From NCBI GenBank assembly GCA_050239825.1, contig JBFXGO010000032.1, positions 1-30,695 on the forward strand: 30,695 bases of DNA, in the 5' to 3' direction. This document shows, in pieces, positions 1-9,356 of this stretch (within the stretch, counting starts at the first letter, position 1; every line of letters begins with the position of its first letter). The position numbers and the translations under genes are program-made. Source of the stretch: a bacterium (lineage in GTDB: Bacteria; Hydrothermota; 32-111). Below the pieces are notes generated by a model that saw only the letters and a list, made by a program, of their open reading frames with translations, was not told the origin of the DNA and did no database searches.

Positions 1-82
1 CTGGAAATATCTTCTCTCCACCTATGCCTCTGTTCATAACATGGTGGTATGCTTCTTTATAAGTAACTCGCGCTCTTCTCAT
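1..82 (-). CDS. RAYT-like HUH/Y1 transposase, N-terminal 27 codons (runs off the window edge)
   Basis: Manual translation from the ATG at 82 gives MRRARVTYKEAYHHVMNRGIGGEKIFP. This contains the YH(V)xNRG N-terminal motif of Y1_Tnp/RAYT proteins and is 13/27 identical to the N-terminus of 11012..11902. GGAGG SD at 91-95. Confidence 0.85.
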   Translation of the reverse strand, partial: MRRARVTYKEAYHHVMNRGIGGEKIFP

Positions 83-110
83 AAGTCATGCCTCCTGTAA
101 ATCTAATAAT

Positions 111-389
111 TTACAAATTTACAAGCACCGTCCCCCATATCTCTGACGGTAATTCCGTATATTTATTGCAATCCAATACCGGTGATAATGAATAATCGTG
201 ATAACCTGATACTTGATGCATTGATGAATAGTAAACGGGATCATCTGGATTCTCTTTTTTAGTATCATTCCAAGTGAGCCACCCTATCGAATCAACGCCC
301 TCTGCCTTATTTCCATTTAGGAATATTATTGGCATAGAACTTAAATTAACTGAAGTTAATAATATCATAACAATTAGTATTTTCTTCAT
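111..389 (-). pseudogene. Probably truncated secreted protein; N-terminus resembles an alpha/beta-hydrolase (PIIFLNG)
   Basis: Signal peptide and GGAG SD. PIIFLNG resembles the PIIFxHG strand of lipase/PGAP1-like hydrolases. Only 92 aa, and the last ~9 codons and the stop are read through and just past the putative RAYT end motif. Confidence 0.5.
121..140. repeat. Putative end motif of the first RAYT-like element (ACAAGCACCGTCCCCCATAT)
   Basis: Shares the CCGTCCC core (128-134) followed by ATA with the upstream TIR of the second RAYT (…TACTCCGTCCCTATAG). Same orientation and side relative to the transposase gene. Any partner repeat would lie outside the window. Confidence 0.55.
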
Positions 390-397
390 AAACTCTC

Positions 398-1330
398 CTA
401 AAAGTTAAAGATTAACTTTATAGTATGATTCATCATTTTCGGATATAATTCATCAACTTTATAAATAATATCAGGATAATTGGTACTTGCTTTGAATTGA
501 AAGTACATCTTATAGTCCATTCCTAAATATAAAGATATTCTGTTATCATAAAATGATATTCTAAATCCTGCATTTATTCCTGTTTGATAAAAATATCGGT
601 TGATTATTAAATATGTTCCATCATCTTCACGGTCATACGGGTACGGATTGACTTTTTGTTTGATAAATGTAAATCCATTATTTATTGCAAAATAAATCAA
701 GTTCATCTCTTTTAATATGGTAACATTTAAAGAATTAAATGTAAAAAGATTTAATTTATGATAGTATGATATATAATAAGAGGAATCTTTTTCAAAATAT
801 AACTCCCGCACTCTATCAAATGAATTCGAATACTCATAGCTATATCCAATCTTCAACGGAAAGCTCTTTATTAAATTCAAGTTATGACTAATTTCTATCC
901 CATGAAATAAACATATCCAATTACCATAAAGGTAAATGAAATCCGTGGCAGGTCCAAATTCTTGTCCGCCATATATTAAAGCTAGGATTCTCGGATATAC
1001 TCCCAAGGTATATCCTATGCTAAAGTTTGATTTCCGTTGTTCTTTCTTTTCACCCAAACAACAACATGAAAGCAAACTCTCTTTCTTTTCGTTTTCCTTT
1101 TCTTGGTCAATTTTGTTTTCTCCCGTAAATAATGAATCTTTAATTGATGAAGCTGTATCATCTTCAATCTGCAATTCTTTAACATCAATAGTATCGGGTA
1201 GAGTAATTGTATCTGCTTGCTGTATTGTATCTGTCTCTGCCTGTGTCTCTGTTTGTAGTTCCCCCTCTGTTGTCTGTCCATATATTCCCAATACTCCAAT
1301 CATAAGAAACAATGTCATTAGTTTCTTCAT
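398..1330 (-). CDS. Hypothetical exported protein, possible outer-membrane beta-barrel
   Basis: Signal peptide and GGAGG SD. Acidic Thr/Gln-rich linker, a CCC motif, an aromatic-rich beta-like C-terminal half and a terminal Phe (KLIFNF). AT-rich. Confidence 0.6.
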   Translation of the reverse strand: MKKLMTLFLMIGVLGIYGQTTEGELQTETQAETDTIQQADTITLPDTIDVKELQIEDDTASSIKDSLFTGENKIDQEKENEKKESLLSCCCLGEKKEQRKSNFSIGYTLGVYPRILALIYGGQEFGPATDFIYLYGNWICLFHGIEISHNLNLIKSFPLKIGYSYEYSNSFDRVRELYFEKDSSYYISYYHKLNLFTFNSLNVTILKEMNLIYFAINNGFTFIKQKVNPYPYDREDDGTYLIINRYFYQTGINAGFRISFYDNRISLYLGMDYKMYFQFKASTNYPDIIYKVDELYPKMMNHTIKLIFNF

Positions 1331-1354
1331 CCTGCCTCCTGATTGTATAATCCC

Positions 1355-1383
1355 ATATTAGCACTTCTGAATATAACTGTCAA
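1355..1383 (-). promoter_or_regulatory. sigma70-type promoter for 398..1330
   Basis: Minus strand TTGACA-17 nt-TAATAT with an extended -10 TG. Confidence 0.55.
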
Positions 1384-1426
1384 TTCATTCAATAGACTAA
1401 CTTGAAATGATTAATTCTTTATTCTA

Positions 1427-2560
1427 TCAGAAGAATGACAGAAGGATGCCGGCTGCGACTGCAGAGGCTATTTGTCCTGCGAGATTTGCCCCCATTGCAT
1501 GCATCAGAAGGTGGTTGTGCTTGTCATACTCCCTTCCCACCATCTGAGAGACCCTTGCGGCGGCAGGAAAGGCAGAGACACCGGCAGAACCTATGAGTGG
1601 ATTTATTCTGTTTTCTTTTTTCATGAAGAGATTTATAAATTTCACAAATAAAACTCCTCCGACCGTCGAAAATGCAAAAGCAAAACAGCCGAGAATCAGT
1701 ATTTTCATTGTCTCCCATGTGAGGAACATGTCTCCCCTCGCTGAAGCTCCGACAACTACTCCGATGATAATCGTTGATGTGTCAATTATTGAATTTGCGG
1801 CTGTTTTAGCGAGTCTGTCTGTTACACCGCTCTCCTTCAAGAGATTTCCCAAAAACAGCATGCCTATCAAAGGAAGGGAGGCAGGAGCAAGAAGCGCGGA
1901 TATTATAAATCCCACTATCGGAAATATGACAAGCTCGGCTTTTTTCACAGTTCTTCCGGATTTCATTCTTATAAGCCTGTCTTCTTTGGTTGTCGCAAGT
2001 TTCATCAATGGAGGCTGAATTACAGGAACAAGAGCCATGTATGAGTATGCCGCCATGGCTATTGGTCCAAGAAGGTGAGGGGCAAGTTTCATTGCAGTGT
2101 AGATGGATGTCGGTCCGTCAGCGCCTCCAATAATTCCTATGGCGGCGCTCTCTTCAAGGGAAAATCCGAGATAGTATGCGCATAGCAGCGAAGCAAATAT
2201 CCCCACCTGAGCGGCGGCTCCGAGCATGAGCGTTTTGGGATTCGACAGAAGAGCGGTAAAATCAGTCATTGCGCCTATGCCGAGAAAGATCAGCGGAGGA
2301 AATATGTTTTTGTGAACCGCCTCAAAGAGAATGTTTAAGAGACTGCCCTCTTCGTAAATATTAACCCCCAAACCCTCTATGAAAGGAATATTTCCTATCA
2401 GCATTCCAAATCCTATCGGCAGAAGAAGCATCGGCTCATAATTCTTTTTTATTGCAAGATAAATGAATGTGCATCCTACCGAAAGCATTACAATGTGTTG
2501 CCAGCTTAAATGTGCGAAACCTGTGGAATTGATAAAATTGATGATGTTTTCAATAAACAT
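1427..2560 (-). CDS. oadB: Sodium-translocating decarboxylase beta subunit (OadB/GcdB/MmdB family)
   Basis: Family motifs YEPMLLLPIGFG, FPPLIFLGIGAMTDF, IGIIGGADGPTSIY, AAYSYMALVPVIQPP and HAMGANLAG. Confidence 0.93.
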   Translation of the reverse strand: MFIENIINFINSTGFAHLSWQHIVMLSVGCTFIYLAIKKNYEPMLLLPIGFGMLIGNIPFIEGLGVNIYEEGSLLNILFEAVHKNIFPPLIFLGIGAMTDFTALLSNPKTLMLGAAAQVGIFASLLCAYYLGFSLEESAAIGIIGGADGPTSIYTAMKLAPHLLGPIAMAAYSYMALVPVIQPPLMKLATTKEDRLIRMKSGRTVKKAELVIFPIVGFIISALLAPASLPLIGMLFLGNLLKESGVTDRLAKTAANSIIDTSTIIIGVVVGASARGDMFLTWETMKILILGCFAFAFSTVGGVLFVKFINLFMKKENRINPLIGSAGVSAFPAAARVSQMVGREYDKHNHLLMHAMGANLAGQIASAVAAGILLSFF

Positions 2561-2566
2561 AAGATT

Positions 2567-2594
2567 ATAATATCAATTGGAAATTCTTTGTCAA
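2567..2594 (-). promoter_or_regulatory. sigma70-type promoter, probably leaderless transcript
   Basis: TTGACA (2594-2589)-16 nt-TATTAT, ending 6 nt before the ATG at 2560. No SD. Confidence 0.55.
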
Positions 2595-2608
2595 TAGAAA
2601 TCGGAGAG

Positions 2609-4468
2609 TCAGTACTCGTCTTCCTCTGTATCCGCCTTGTACTTCTCCCCTCTTTGCCTCTTCCTTTCAAGAACTGAAAGCACCTTTTTCCTCAATCGTA
2701 TGGATTTCGGCGTTATCTCTATCATCTCATCATCTTTAATGAATTCCATTGCCTTTTCAAGAGTCATCGGAAGAACCGGAGTGAGCATTATTGCGTCGTC
2801 TTTTGAGACAGAACGCATATTTGAGAGACGTTTCTCCTTAGTAGGATTCACATTAAGGTCATTGTCCTTGTTGTTCTCTCCGACAATCATCCCCTCATAA
2901 ACAGGATCGTTTGGAATGATAAAGAGTATTCCTCTGGTTTCAAGGTGCGAGAGAGCATAGGCTATTGCCTTTCCATTGTTCTCCGACACGAGAGAGCCTG
3001 TGTGTCTTGTCGGCAAATCTCCCTTGTATTTCTCATACCCGTGCAGATAACCGTTCATTATGCCGGTTCCCCGGGTGTCGGTGAGAAACTCCGAACGGTA
3101 TCCTATTAAACCTCTTGAGGGTATCAAAAATTCCATTCTCACTCTTCCGGTGGAATTGGTGGACATGTTTGACAAAATTCCCTTTCTTTGAGAAAGCTTT
3201 TCCGTCACTATTCCGACATAAGCATCTTCGGTATCAATGAAAATATGCTCTATAGGTTCAAGAAGCTCCTTGTTTTTTTCTCTCATTATCACTTTCGGTC
3301 TGCCCACAGTCAGTTCATATCCTTCTCTGCGGATCGTTTCAATCAATATTGCAAGCTGTAGCTCACCGCGTCCTTTAACATTGTATGTATTCGGCGAATC
3401 ACCCTCCTCAATCTGGATTCCTACATTCTTCAGGGTCTCCTTGAAAAGCCTCTCTTTGAGTTTGCTTGATTGAACATAGCTTCCCTCTCTTCCGGCTAAA
3501 GGAGAAGTATTCACTGTAAAGAGCATCGAAACAGTAGGTTCGTCAATCATTATCCTCGGAGCCGCTTTAGGATTATCCCTGTTGCAGATTGTATCTCCTA
3601 TTCTAACATTCCCTATTCCTGCAAGAATAATAATGTCTCCCTGATCGGCTCCATCTATCTCCTTGAGTTTTATTCCCTCATAGGTCTGAAGATTCAAAAC
3701 TGTCAGGGCATTTATTTTTTCATCAATGTCAATGCACACGAGATTGTCATTTTTTTTCACACTGCCGTTTATTATTTTGCCTATAGCGAGTCTTCCCAAA
3801 TAATCCGAATAGCCGAGGTCGCACACAAGCATCTGAAAAACCTCATCCTCCGTATAAACAGGCCCCGGTATGTAATTAATTATCAGATCAAACAAAGGCT
3901 TTAAATCCTTTGACTCATCTTCCAGCTTTCTCTTTGCAACTCCGTCTCTGCCCACAGAGTAGAGTATTGGAAAATCAAGTTGTTCATCGGTTGCATCAAG
4001 GGTTATAAAGAGTTCGAATATTTCATCAATAACATCTTTGACCCTTGCATCGCTTCTGTCTATTTTGTTTATCAGCACTATTATTTTGAGATTCTTTTCA
4101 AGGGCTTTTTTGAGGACGAACCTTGTCTGCGGAAGAGGGCCTTCGGAGGCATCAACGAGAAGTATGGCTCCGTCAGCCATAAAGAGGGCCCTCTCAACCT
4201 CGCTCCCGAAATCCGCGTGCCCCGGAGTGTCTATAATATTAATCTTCACATCATCGTAATGAATGGAGCAGTTCTTTGCCGCTATGGTTATGCCCCTCTC
4301 TCTCTCAAGGTCAAGCTTATCCATCACCCTCTCTTCAATAACCTGATTTGCGCGAAATGTTCCGCTCTGTTTAAACATAGCGTCAACAAGAGTTGTCTTA
4401 CCGTGATCAACATGGGCAATTATAGCAAGATTTCTTATTTTGCTGTTGTATGAAATTTTTTTATTCAT
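2609..4468 (-). CDS. typA: Translational GTPase TypA/BipA
   Basis: IRNLAIIAHVDHGKTTL, ERERGITI, DTPGHADF, NKID, GRGELQL and EITPKSIRLRK. Confidence 0.97.
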   Translation of the reverse strand: MNKKISYNSKIRNLAIIAHVDHGKTTLVDAMFKQSGTFRANQVIEERVMDKLDLERERGITIAAKNCSIHYDDVKINIIDTPGHADFGSEVERALFMADGAILLVDASEGPLPQTRFVLKKALEKNLKIIVLINKIDRSDARVKDVIDEIFELFITLDATDEQLDFPILYSVGRDGVAKRKLEDESKDLKPLFDLIINYIPGPVYTEDEVFQMLVCDLGYSDYLGRLAIGKIINGSVKKNDNLVCIDIDEKINALTVLNLQTYEGIKLKEIDGADQGDIIILAGIGNVRIGDTICNRDNPKAAPRIMIDEPTVSMLFTVNTSPLAGREGSYVQSSKLKERLFKETLKNVGIQIEEGDSPNTYNVKGRGELQLAILIETIRREGYELTVGRPKVIMREKNKELLEPIEHIFIDTEDAYVGIVTEKLSQRKGILSNMSTNSTGRVRMEFLIPSRGLIGYRSEFLTDTRGTGIMNGYLHGYEKYKGDLPTRHTGSLVSENNGKAIAYALSHLETRGILFIIPNDPVYEGMIVGENNKDNDLNVNPTKEKRLSNMRSVSKDDAIMLTPVLPMTLEKAMEFIKDDEMIEITPKSIRLRKKVLSVLERKRQRGEKYKADTEEDEY

Positions 4469-4516
4469 AATTAGAGTGTAAATATATCATATATTTTTAA
4501 ATTTGCAATAGCAATA

Positions 4517-4544
4517 TTGACAATTCATAAACCCATGATAATAT
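4517..4544 (+). promoter_or_regulatory. sigma70-type promoter, probably leaderless transcript
   Basis: TTGACA (4517-4522)-16 nt-TAATAT (4539-4544), 7 nt before the ATG at 4552. No SD. Confidence 0.55.
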
Positions 4545-4551
4545 ACAAGCC

Positions 4552-5760
4552 ATGGATAAAAGACATTTAAAGAAAAATTACACTCTCGGCATAGTGAACG
4601 GAATTCTTATGAATCTGGTTGATGCTCTGACAGGATCATCGACAATGCTTCCACTATATCTAAGCACTCTGACTCGATCAAGTGTGATAATCGGACTCGG
4701 ATCATCTCTCCATGAGGCACTCTGGCCTCTCCCGCAGATATTCATGGCTCACTTCCATGAAGGAAAGCCGCTCAAAAAATATGTCTATGACTGGACCGCC
4801 TTCATCCGTTCTCTGATGATGTTTGTCCTGGCATTCGTTGTCTTTTTGAATCCTCCAGGTGTTCTTTGGATATTTCTTGCTTCACTCTTTACTTACCATA
4901 TTTTCGGAGGAATTGCAGGTTTATCTTTTATGGATGTTGTCGGAAAGACGATTGCTCCGAACAAACTCGCTTCATTCTGGGGACTCAGAATTGCTGTAGG
5001 AGGGGTTCTATCCGTAGGCGGCGGTTTCGCGGTAAAATATGTTTTAAACAAGTATCAATCGCCCTTTGACTTCTATCTTATCTTCATCTCTGCCGCATTC
5101 ATAGTTACATTCGGACTCTTCTCTTTCTGCCTCGCAGATGAGCCTCCCGATTCAACTCAAAAAAAGACAAAGAGTTTTCTTGTTTTTTTCAAAGACGGCA
5201 TAAAGGTTCTTTCAAGAGATAGAAATTTCAGATATCTCTATGCAGTCAGAATGCTTTTAGGCATCACGGCGGCTCTTGAGCCCTTCTATATGATTTTCGC
5301 AGTGAGAGAGCTGGGTGTTAGACCCTCCTCCGCAGGATTCATGATCGCCGCAAGAATGTCGGGTCTTGTATTATCAAACTTCCTTTGGAATTTTATAGCG
5401 AAAAAGAAATCTCTCAGACATGTTCTTGTGGCAGCTGCCGCTGTCGGATTTTTTCTTCCGGGAATTGCCTATATCTCCAAATTCAATAATTCAATCATCT
5501 TTCTTCTCTTTTTCTTTGCCGGAATATTCTATTCCGGGATTCAGGTGGGAGGCCATTCCCTTCTTCTTACAATAGCTACAGATGAAAAGAGACCCACTTA
5601 CATAGGATTTTTCAATACCATGATAGCCCCTGTCTATTTCGTATCAATAGTGCATGGAGCGCTGATTGACAGATTCTCCTTCTCTTTGCCTTTTGTGTTA
5701 GCCTCTGCCGCTTCAGCGGCAGGATTATTGGCCGCTCTAAGACTGCGCAGAATGAACTGA
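4552..5760 (+). CDS. MFS transporter
   Basis: 402 aa with about 12 hydrophobic segments in two halves and a central loop (RDRNFR). Confidence 0.85.
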   Translation: MDKRHLKKNYTLGIVNGILMNLVDALTGSSTMLPLYLSTLTRSSVIIGLGSSLHEALWPLPQIFMAHFHEGKPLKKYVYDWTAFIRSLMMFVLAFVVFLNPPGVLWIFLASLFTYHIFGGIAGLSFMDVVGKTIAPNKLASFWGLRIAVGGVLSVGGGFAVKYVLNKYQSPFDFYLIFISAAFIVTFGLFSFCLADEPPDSTQKKTKSFLVFFKDGIKVLSRDRNFRYLYAVRMLLGITAALEPFYMIFAVRELGVRPSSAGFMIAARMSGLVLSNFLWNFIAKKKSLRHVLVAAAAVGFFLPGIAYISKFNNSIIFLLFFFAGIFYSGIQVGGHSLLLTIATDEKRPTYIGFFNTMIAPVYFVSIVHGALIDRFSFSLPFVLASAASAAGLLAALRLRRMN

Positions 5761-8700
5761 TTATTTCAGCATCAGAAACTGTCTGAAAAAAGTATCAGAG
5801 CCATCTTTTACAGAGAAGAAAAATTTACCGTTCGGGAGAGTAATTGAAATAGACTGGCGCTCTTTTTGGATTATTCCGTTCAAAACCCTTCTTCCAGACA
5901 AATCATATATTGAATACTCGCTGCCCTTACTGAAATTTTTCGTGAGCAGAAAATCCTTTTTCACCTCTATCTCCGGGTTAAAGCTGGTGCTCTTTGACGA
6001 TATGCGGGTATTCAACTCGTATGTCCCCATCGAATATGATACTCCCGGCACAAGAATATTGTCAATATACACACCCTCATACTGATAAATATCGTTTTCC
6101 GAGTAAAACTCAAAAGCAAGGCGCGTGTTTCTGCCTTCAAAAAGAGGATAGTTTGATGCATTGAACAGATATTTTTTGAATGTGCATTCCCTGCCGGATA
6201 AGGTTATGACCGGTTCATAGAGAGTGTCAGAATACAAATATACCACCAAATAATCCATTCCGCTCTCAATATCCAAATAAGCGTCAAATCCTATAAAGGA
6301 GGTCGTGTCGAAACAGAATGAGTCGGAATAGATGCCTGTTATATAATCCGGCGGATAGGATGCAGATGATTCATACCCGCAGTAGCAAGAATACAAACCG
6401 GATAATGACCTGTTGTTGCTCTTATGAAAATATGCTGTGGATGAATCGACTTCAAGTTCTCTTGAATCCTCAAAGTCCATATAAGAAGAATTATAATTGG
6501 CAGATACTTTACAACTCTTGGAGTATTGAGACCCTCCGTATGAAAGATTGAAATAGAATAATGCGAATGAAAGAGGAGTGTTAACTGTGAACGGAATAGA
6601 AAATGAGATATTCTGTGATCCCGGGAATGTGTCCAGACTCAATGATTCTCCTTCAAATTCAAGAATAACACCGGATAAAAGATTCTTGTTGGATATATTC
6701 ACTTTAAATTCACCGGTCTCTCCATTCATATAGTTCTGTCTGTCAGGCAGAACATTAAGGATTACGCTCTCTTTTAGATTCCTGCCGTATTGAATGAAGA
6801 GTGTATCGCTGTCAACGATGACAGTTATCATGGTGTTATTTGAAGGTTCATTATCCAGAAGACAGAGAAATGAGAGATTTGTTTCCCCTGCTGTCAATAA
6901 AATGCTTGTATCTGCATCTGCGCATAAGAGGGTGTCTGAAATCTGAAGAATTGAAATCTCATAAACAGCGGTCGAATCAGTTATGAGCTCTAAATTCAAT
7001 TCAAGAGACTCTCCATCCATGCGTGTAAACTGGTATCCTTTAAGATAAGCTGTCTTCGTCTTGTTTGCAAGAGGATAAATAACCTCTTGATAGTCTGAAA
7101 CATCAGGAGAAATAACTCTCAACAATAGAGAGTCGGATCCGTCTATCCTTGCTGAGAAAACATTGTCGTAAGGATATAGAACCTTGCGGGCAACGAGAGT
7201 CTCAGAAAAAATTTCAGCATAGATTGAATCCGCAACATTCATTGTAAAAGAGATTATTCCGTTCTTATAGATTGAGTTCTGCTTGTCAAGACCGTAAACA
7301 GTCTTTGAGAGAGATAAACTCACCATCGGGTCGCCGAAATAATTTAAAGTGAAAAACTGCCAGCGCCAATCGTTGAGCTCGGATATCTCATATGCAAACT
7401 CGTCAAACACATTGTTTATCGCTTCAACAGGATTTGATGTTGTATTGTATAAATTCTTATAAAAAGCAAGATTGTAGATGTCTCCTGTGCCAAAGCCGGG
7501 AAAGTAGGGAGTATACCATCCGTATCTGGAGTTTCCGAGATAATATCCTCCACCGTTCGAAAAAAGATAATGAACCGCTATGCAATCGTGGTCGTATCCG
7601 GCCGAGAGACATGAGAGGGAATACATAAAAACCGGGAAAGGATTTGTCAATGCATCCATATCAGCAAGAGTCGCGTAACCTGTTCCACTCTGAATCACAC
7701 TGTAGTTTCCATGTCCGTCATGAGAGATAAACCGCGGCGATTTATTGATGGCTTTGATAAATGTGAAAACACTGAGATTGCCGAGGGATTCATATAGTCT
7801 TTTGACTGGAGAAGTAATTGGCACCAAACGCACCATGTTGTCCGCATGTATTCCTCCATCAGTATTTGCATCCAGATATGATGCGACTGCCAAGAATGTG
7901 TCAATCGTTATGTTTCTGAAACCAGCGACTTTGTTTAAGAAGTTGTTTACATCCTCTGAGTTTTCAACTGGCACTCGTCCAAGCAGAATGTCCGGGAATA
8001 TGTCCGCGGAATCCTCAATCTCCCCGTAAATAGTATCATTGTCATAATTCCATGAACCGTCCAGACACGAGTAAAACTTGTCCGTAAGCACTATTTGATC
8101 CTCTTCTGAAAGAGATGGAGTTATTAAAACAGGAACATATATTCCGGGTATGTACTCAGAGGTGCCCCCGAGAATCACGCCCTTCAATCCATTGTTTTCA
8201 TATAAATATTTAATGTATTCTCTTATGTTGTTGATAAATGAATCGGAAGGAGAAGTGAGTGCAATTATATCCTCTACGGAAAGAATGTCGACACTATAAT
8301 CAGGATAGAAATCTTTATAACCGCTCCATGATGCTTTCAAAGAATCCTCGGTTATTATTAGAATTCTCTTTTCTGCAGAGTTTAGAACTCTGTCAGAGAT
8401 TAGTTCGTACTGAATTGACAGTTTTCCCTCTCTTGCGGATACTCTGCCGTCCTCATAGAGAAAATTTGCTATATATCCGTAAATAATCGTCTTCCCGTTC
8501 TCATAGCCAATATTCACTTCAAAATCATTTTCAGGCAATCTTCCTTTTGATGCAAAGAAAGATGATCTTGGTTTTGGAGCCAAATTCTTAGGCAGAGGAT
8601 TCTCTCCAGCAATAGGTTTGGCATCCGTCAGAACTTCCCTGCTTGTTTCATAAAAAAGATTTTGGGAAACCAAAGCTCTTCCGTCTATTTCTATTTTGAA

Positions 8701-8874
8701 TTTCATTGCAGGAAGAACCGGACCCGATTCATCCATAAAATAATAGTAATCAGGATTGTAACTGTTTATAAGTGAATTGAAATCAAGATTCTTTTCCGAA
8801 TTTATAACAATCGTTTCCGAATAGACTGCAAGAATAGAAAATGCAAAAAACATGAGCAGAGAAAGTTTTTTCAT
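5761..8874 (-). CDS. C25 (gingipain-family) cysteine peptidase with a putative T9SS C-terminal sorting domain
   Basis: Signal peptide. C25 motifs VILGG, TDKFYSCLDGSWN and PDILLGRVP, catalytic His in HDGHG and Cys in SLSC, and LNYFGDP. The C-terminus YSIYDLSGRRV…LPNGKFF resembles a type-A CTD. Confidence 0.85.
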   Translation of the reverse strand: MKKLSLLMFFAFSILAVYSETIVINSEKNLDFNSLINSYNPDYYYFMDESGPVLPAMKFKIEIDGRALVSQNLFYETSREVLTDAKPIAGENPLPKNLAPKPRSSFFASKGRLPENDFEVNIGYENGKTIIYGYIANFLYEDGRVSAREGKLSIQYELISDRVLNSAEKRILIITEDSLKASWSGYKDFYPDYSVDILSVEDIIALTSPSDSFINNIREYIKYLYENNGLKGVILGGTSEYIPGIYVPVLITPSLSEEDQIVLTDKFYSCLDGSWNYDNDTIYGEIEDSADIFPDILLGRVPVENSEDVNNFLNKVAGFRNITIDTFLAVASYLDANTDGGIHADNMVRLVPITSPVKRLYESLGNLSVFTFIKAINKSPRFISHDGHGNYSVIQSGTGYATLADMDALTNPFPVFMYSLSCLSAGYDHDCIAVHYLFSNGGGYYLGNSRYGWYTPYFPGFGTGDIYNLAFYKNLYNTTSNPVEAINNVFDEFAYEISELNDWRWQFFTLNYFGDPMVSLSLSKTVYGLDKQNSIYKNGIISFTMNVADSIYAEIFSETLVARKVLYPYDNVFSARIDGSDSLLLRVISPDVSDYQEVIYPLANKTKTAYLKGYQFTRMDGESLELNLELITDSTAVYEISILQISDTLLCADADTSILLTAGETNLSFLCLLDNEPSNNTMITVIVDSDTLFIQYGRNLKESVILNVLPDRQNYMNGETGEFKVNISNKNLLSGVILEFEGESLSLDTFPGSQNISFSIPFTVNTPLSFALFYFNLSYGGSQYSKSCKVSANYNSSYMDFEDSRELEVDSSTAYFHKSNNRSLSGLYSCYCGYESSASYPPDYITGIYSDSFCFDTTSFIGFDAYLDIESGMDYLVVYLYSDTLYEPVITLSGRECTFKKYLFNASNYPLFEGRNTRLAFEFYSENDIYQYEGVYIDNILVPGVSYSMGTYELNTRISSKSTSFNPEIEVKKDFLLTKNFSKGSEYSIYDLSGRRVLNGIIQKERQSISITLPNGKFFFSVKDGSDTFFRQFLMLK

Positions 8875-8924
8875 CAGACCTCCATTGTTGGATAAATTAT
8901 AACAGATGAAGGCCTGAAAATCAA

Positions 8925-9356
8925 TTATCTATCAGAGTAAGATATTAAACTTGAAAGAGACCCGGAAGGCAATGGCGAAATTCCAGAAATGAACTCGTCT
9001 GCGATGGAAGAATTTTCGTTAACAGTCTTCTTGATATAAGCCGCCTTCCCCTGTTGAAGAGAGAATGCAAATGAGGATATGAATACCATAAGCATGGCAA
9101 GACCGAATGCCAACTGCATAACTCTCTTTGGCTTGGCATTTGTTTTAAATTGTGCTGATTCTTCAATTTTTGAATAGAGAGAGGAAGGAACCTCTATGTC
9201 GGCAAATCTGACCTCGCTCTTTATACTGAGAAATTCCTTATGCATATTTCTGCAAGAGTCGCATAACAAGAGGTGCTTTTCAATTTCTCTGAACCGATCT
9301 TTATCAAGTTCGCCATCAATGTATTTTGAAATTTCAACAGGTTCATAGTGTTTCAT
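8925..9356 (-). CDS. Zinc-binding anti-sigma factor (zf-HC2/ZAS) with one TM helix
   Basis: YIDGEL…HLLLCDSC (HxxxCxxC), a single TM segment, and a 4-nt overlap with the ECF sigma gene. Confidence 0.88.
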   Translation of the reverse strand: MKHYEPVEISKYIDGELDKDRFREIEKHLLLCDSCRNMHKEFLSIKSEVRFADIEVPSSLYSKIEESAQFKTNAKPKRVMQLAFGLAMLMVFISSFAFSLQQGKAAYIKKTVNENSSIADEFISGISPLPSGSLSSLISYSDR

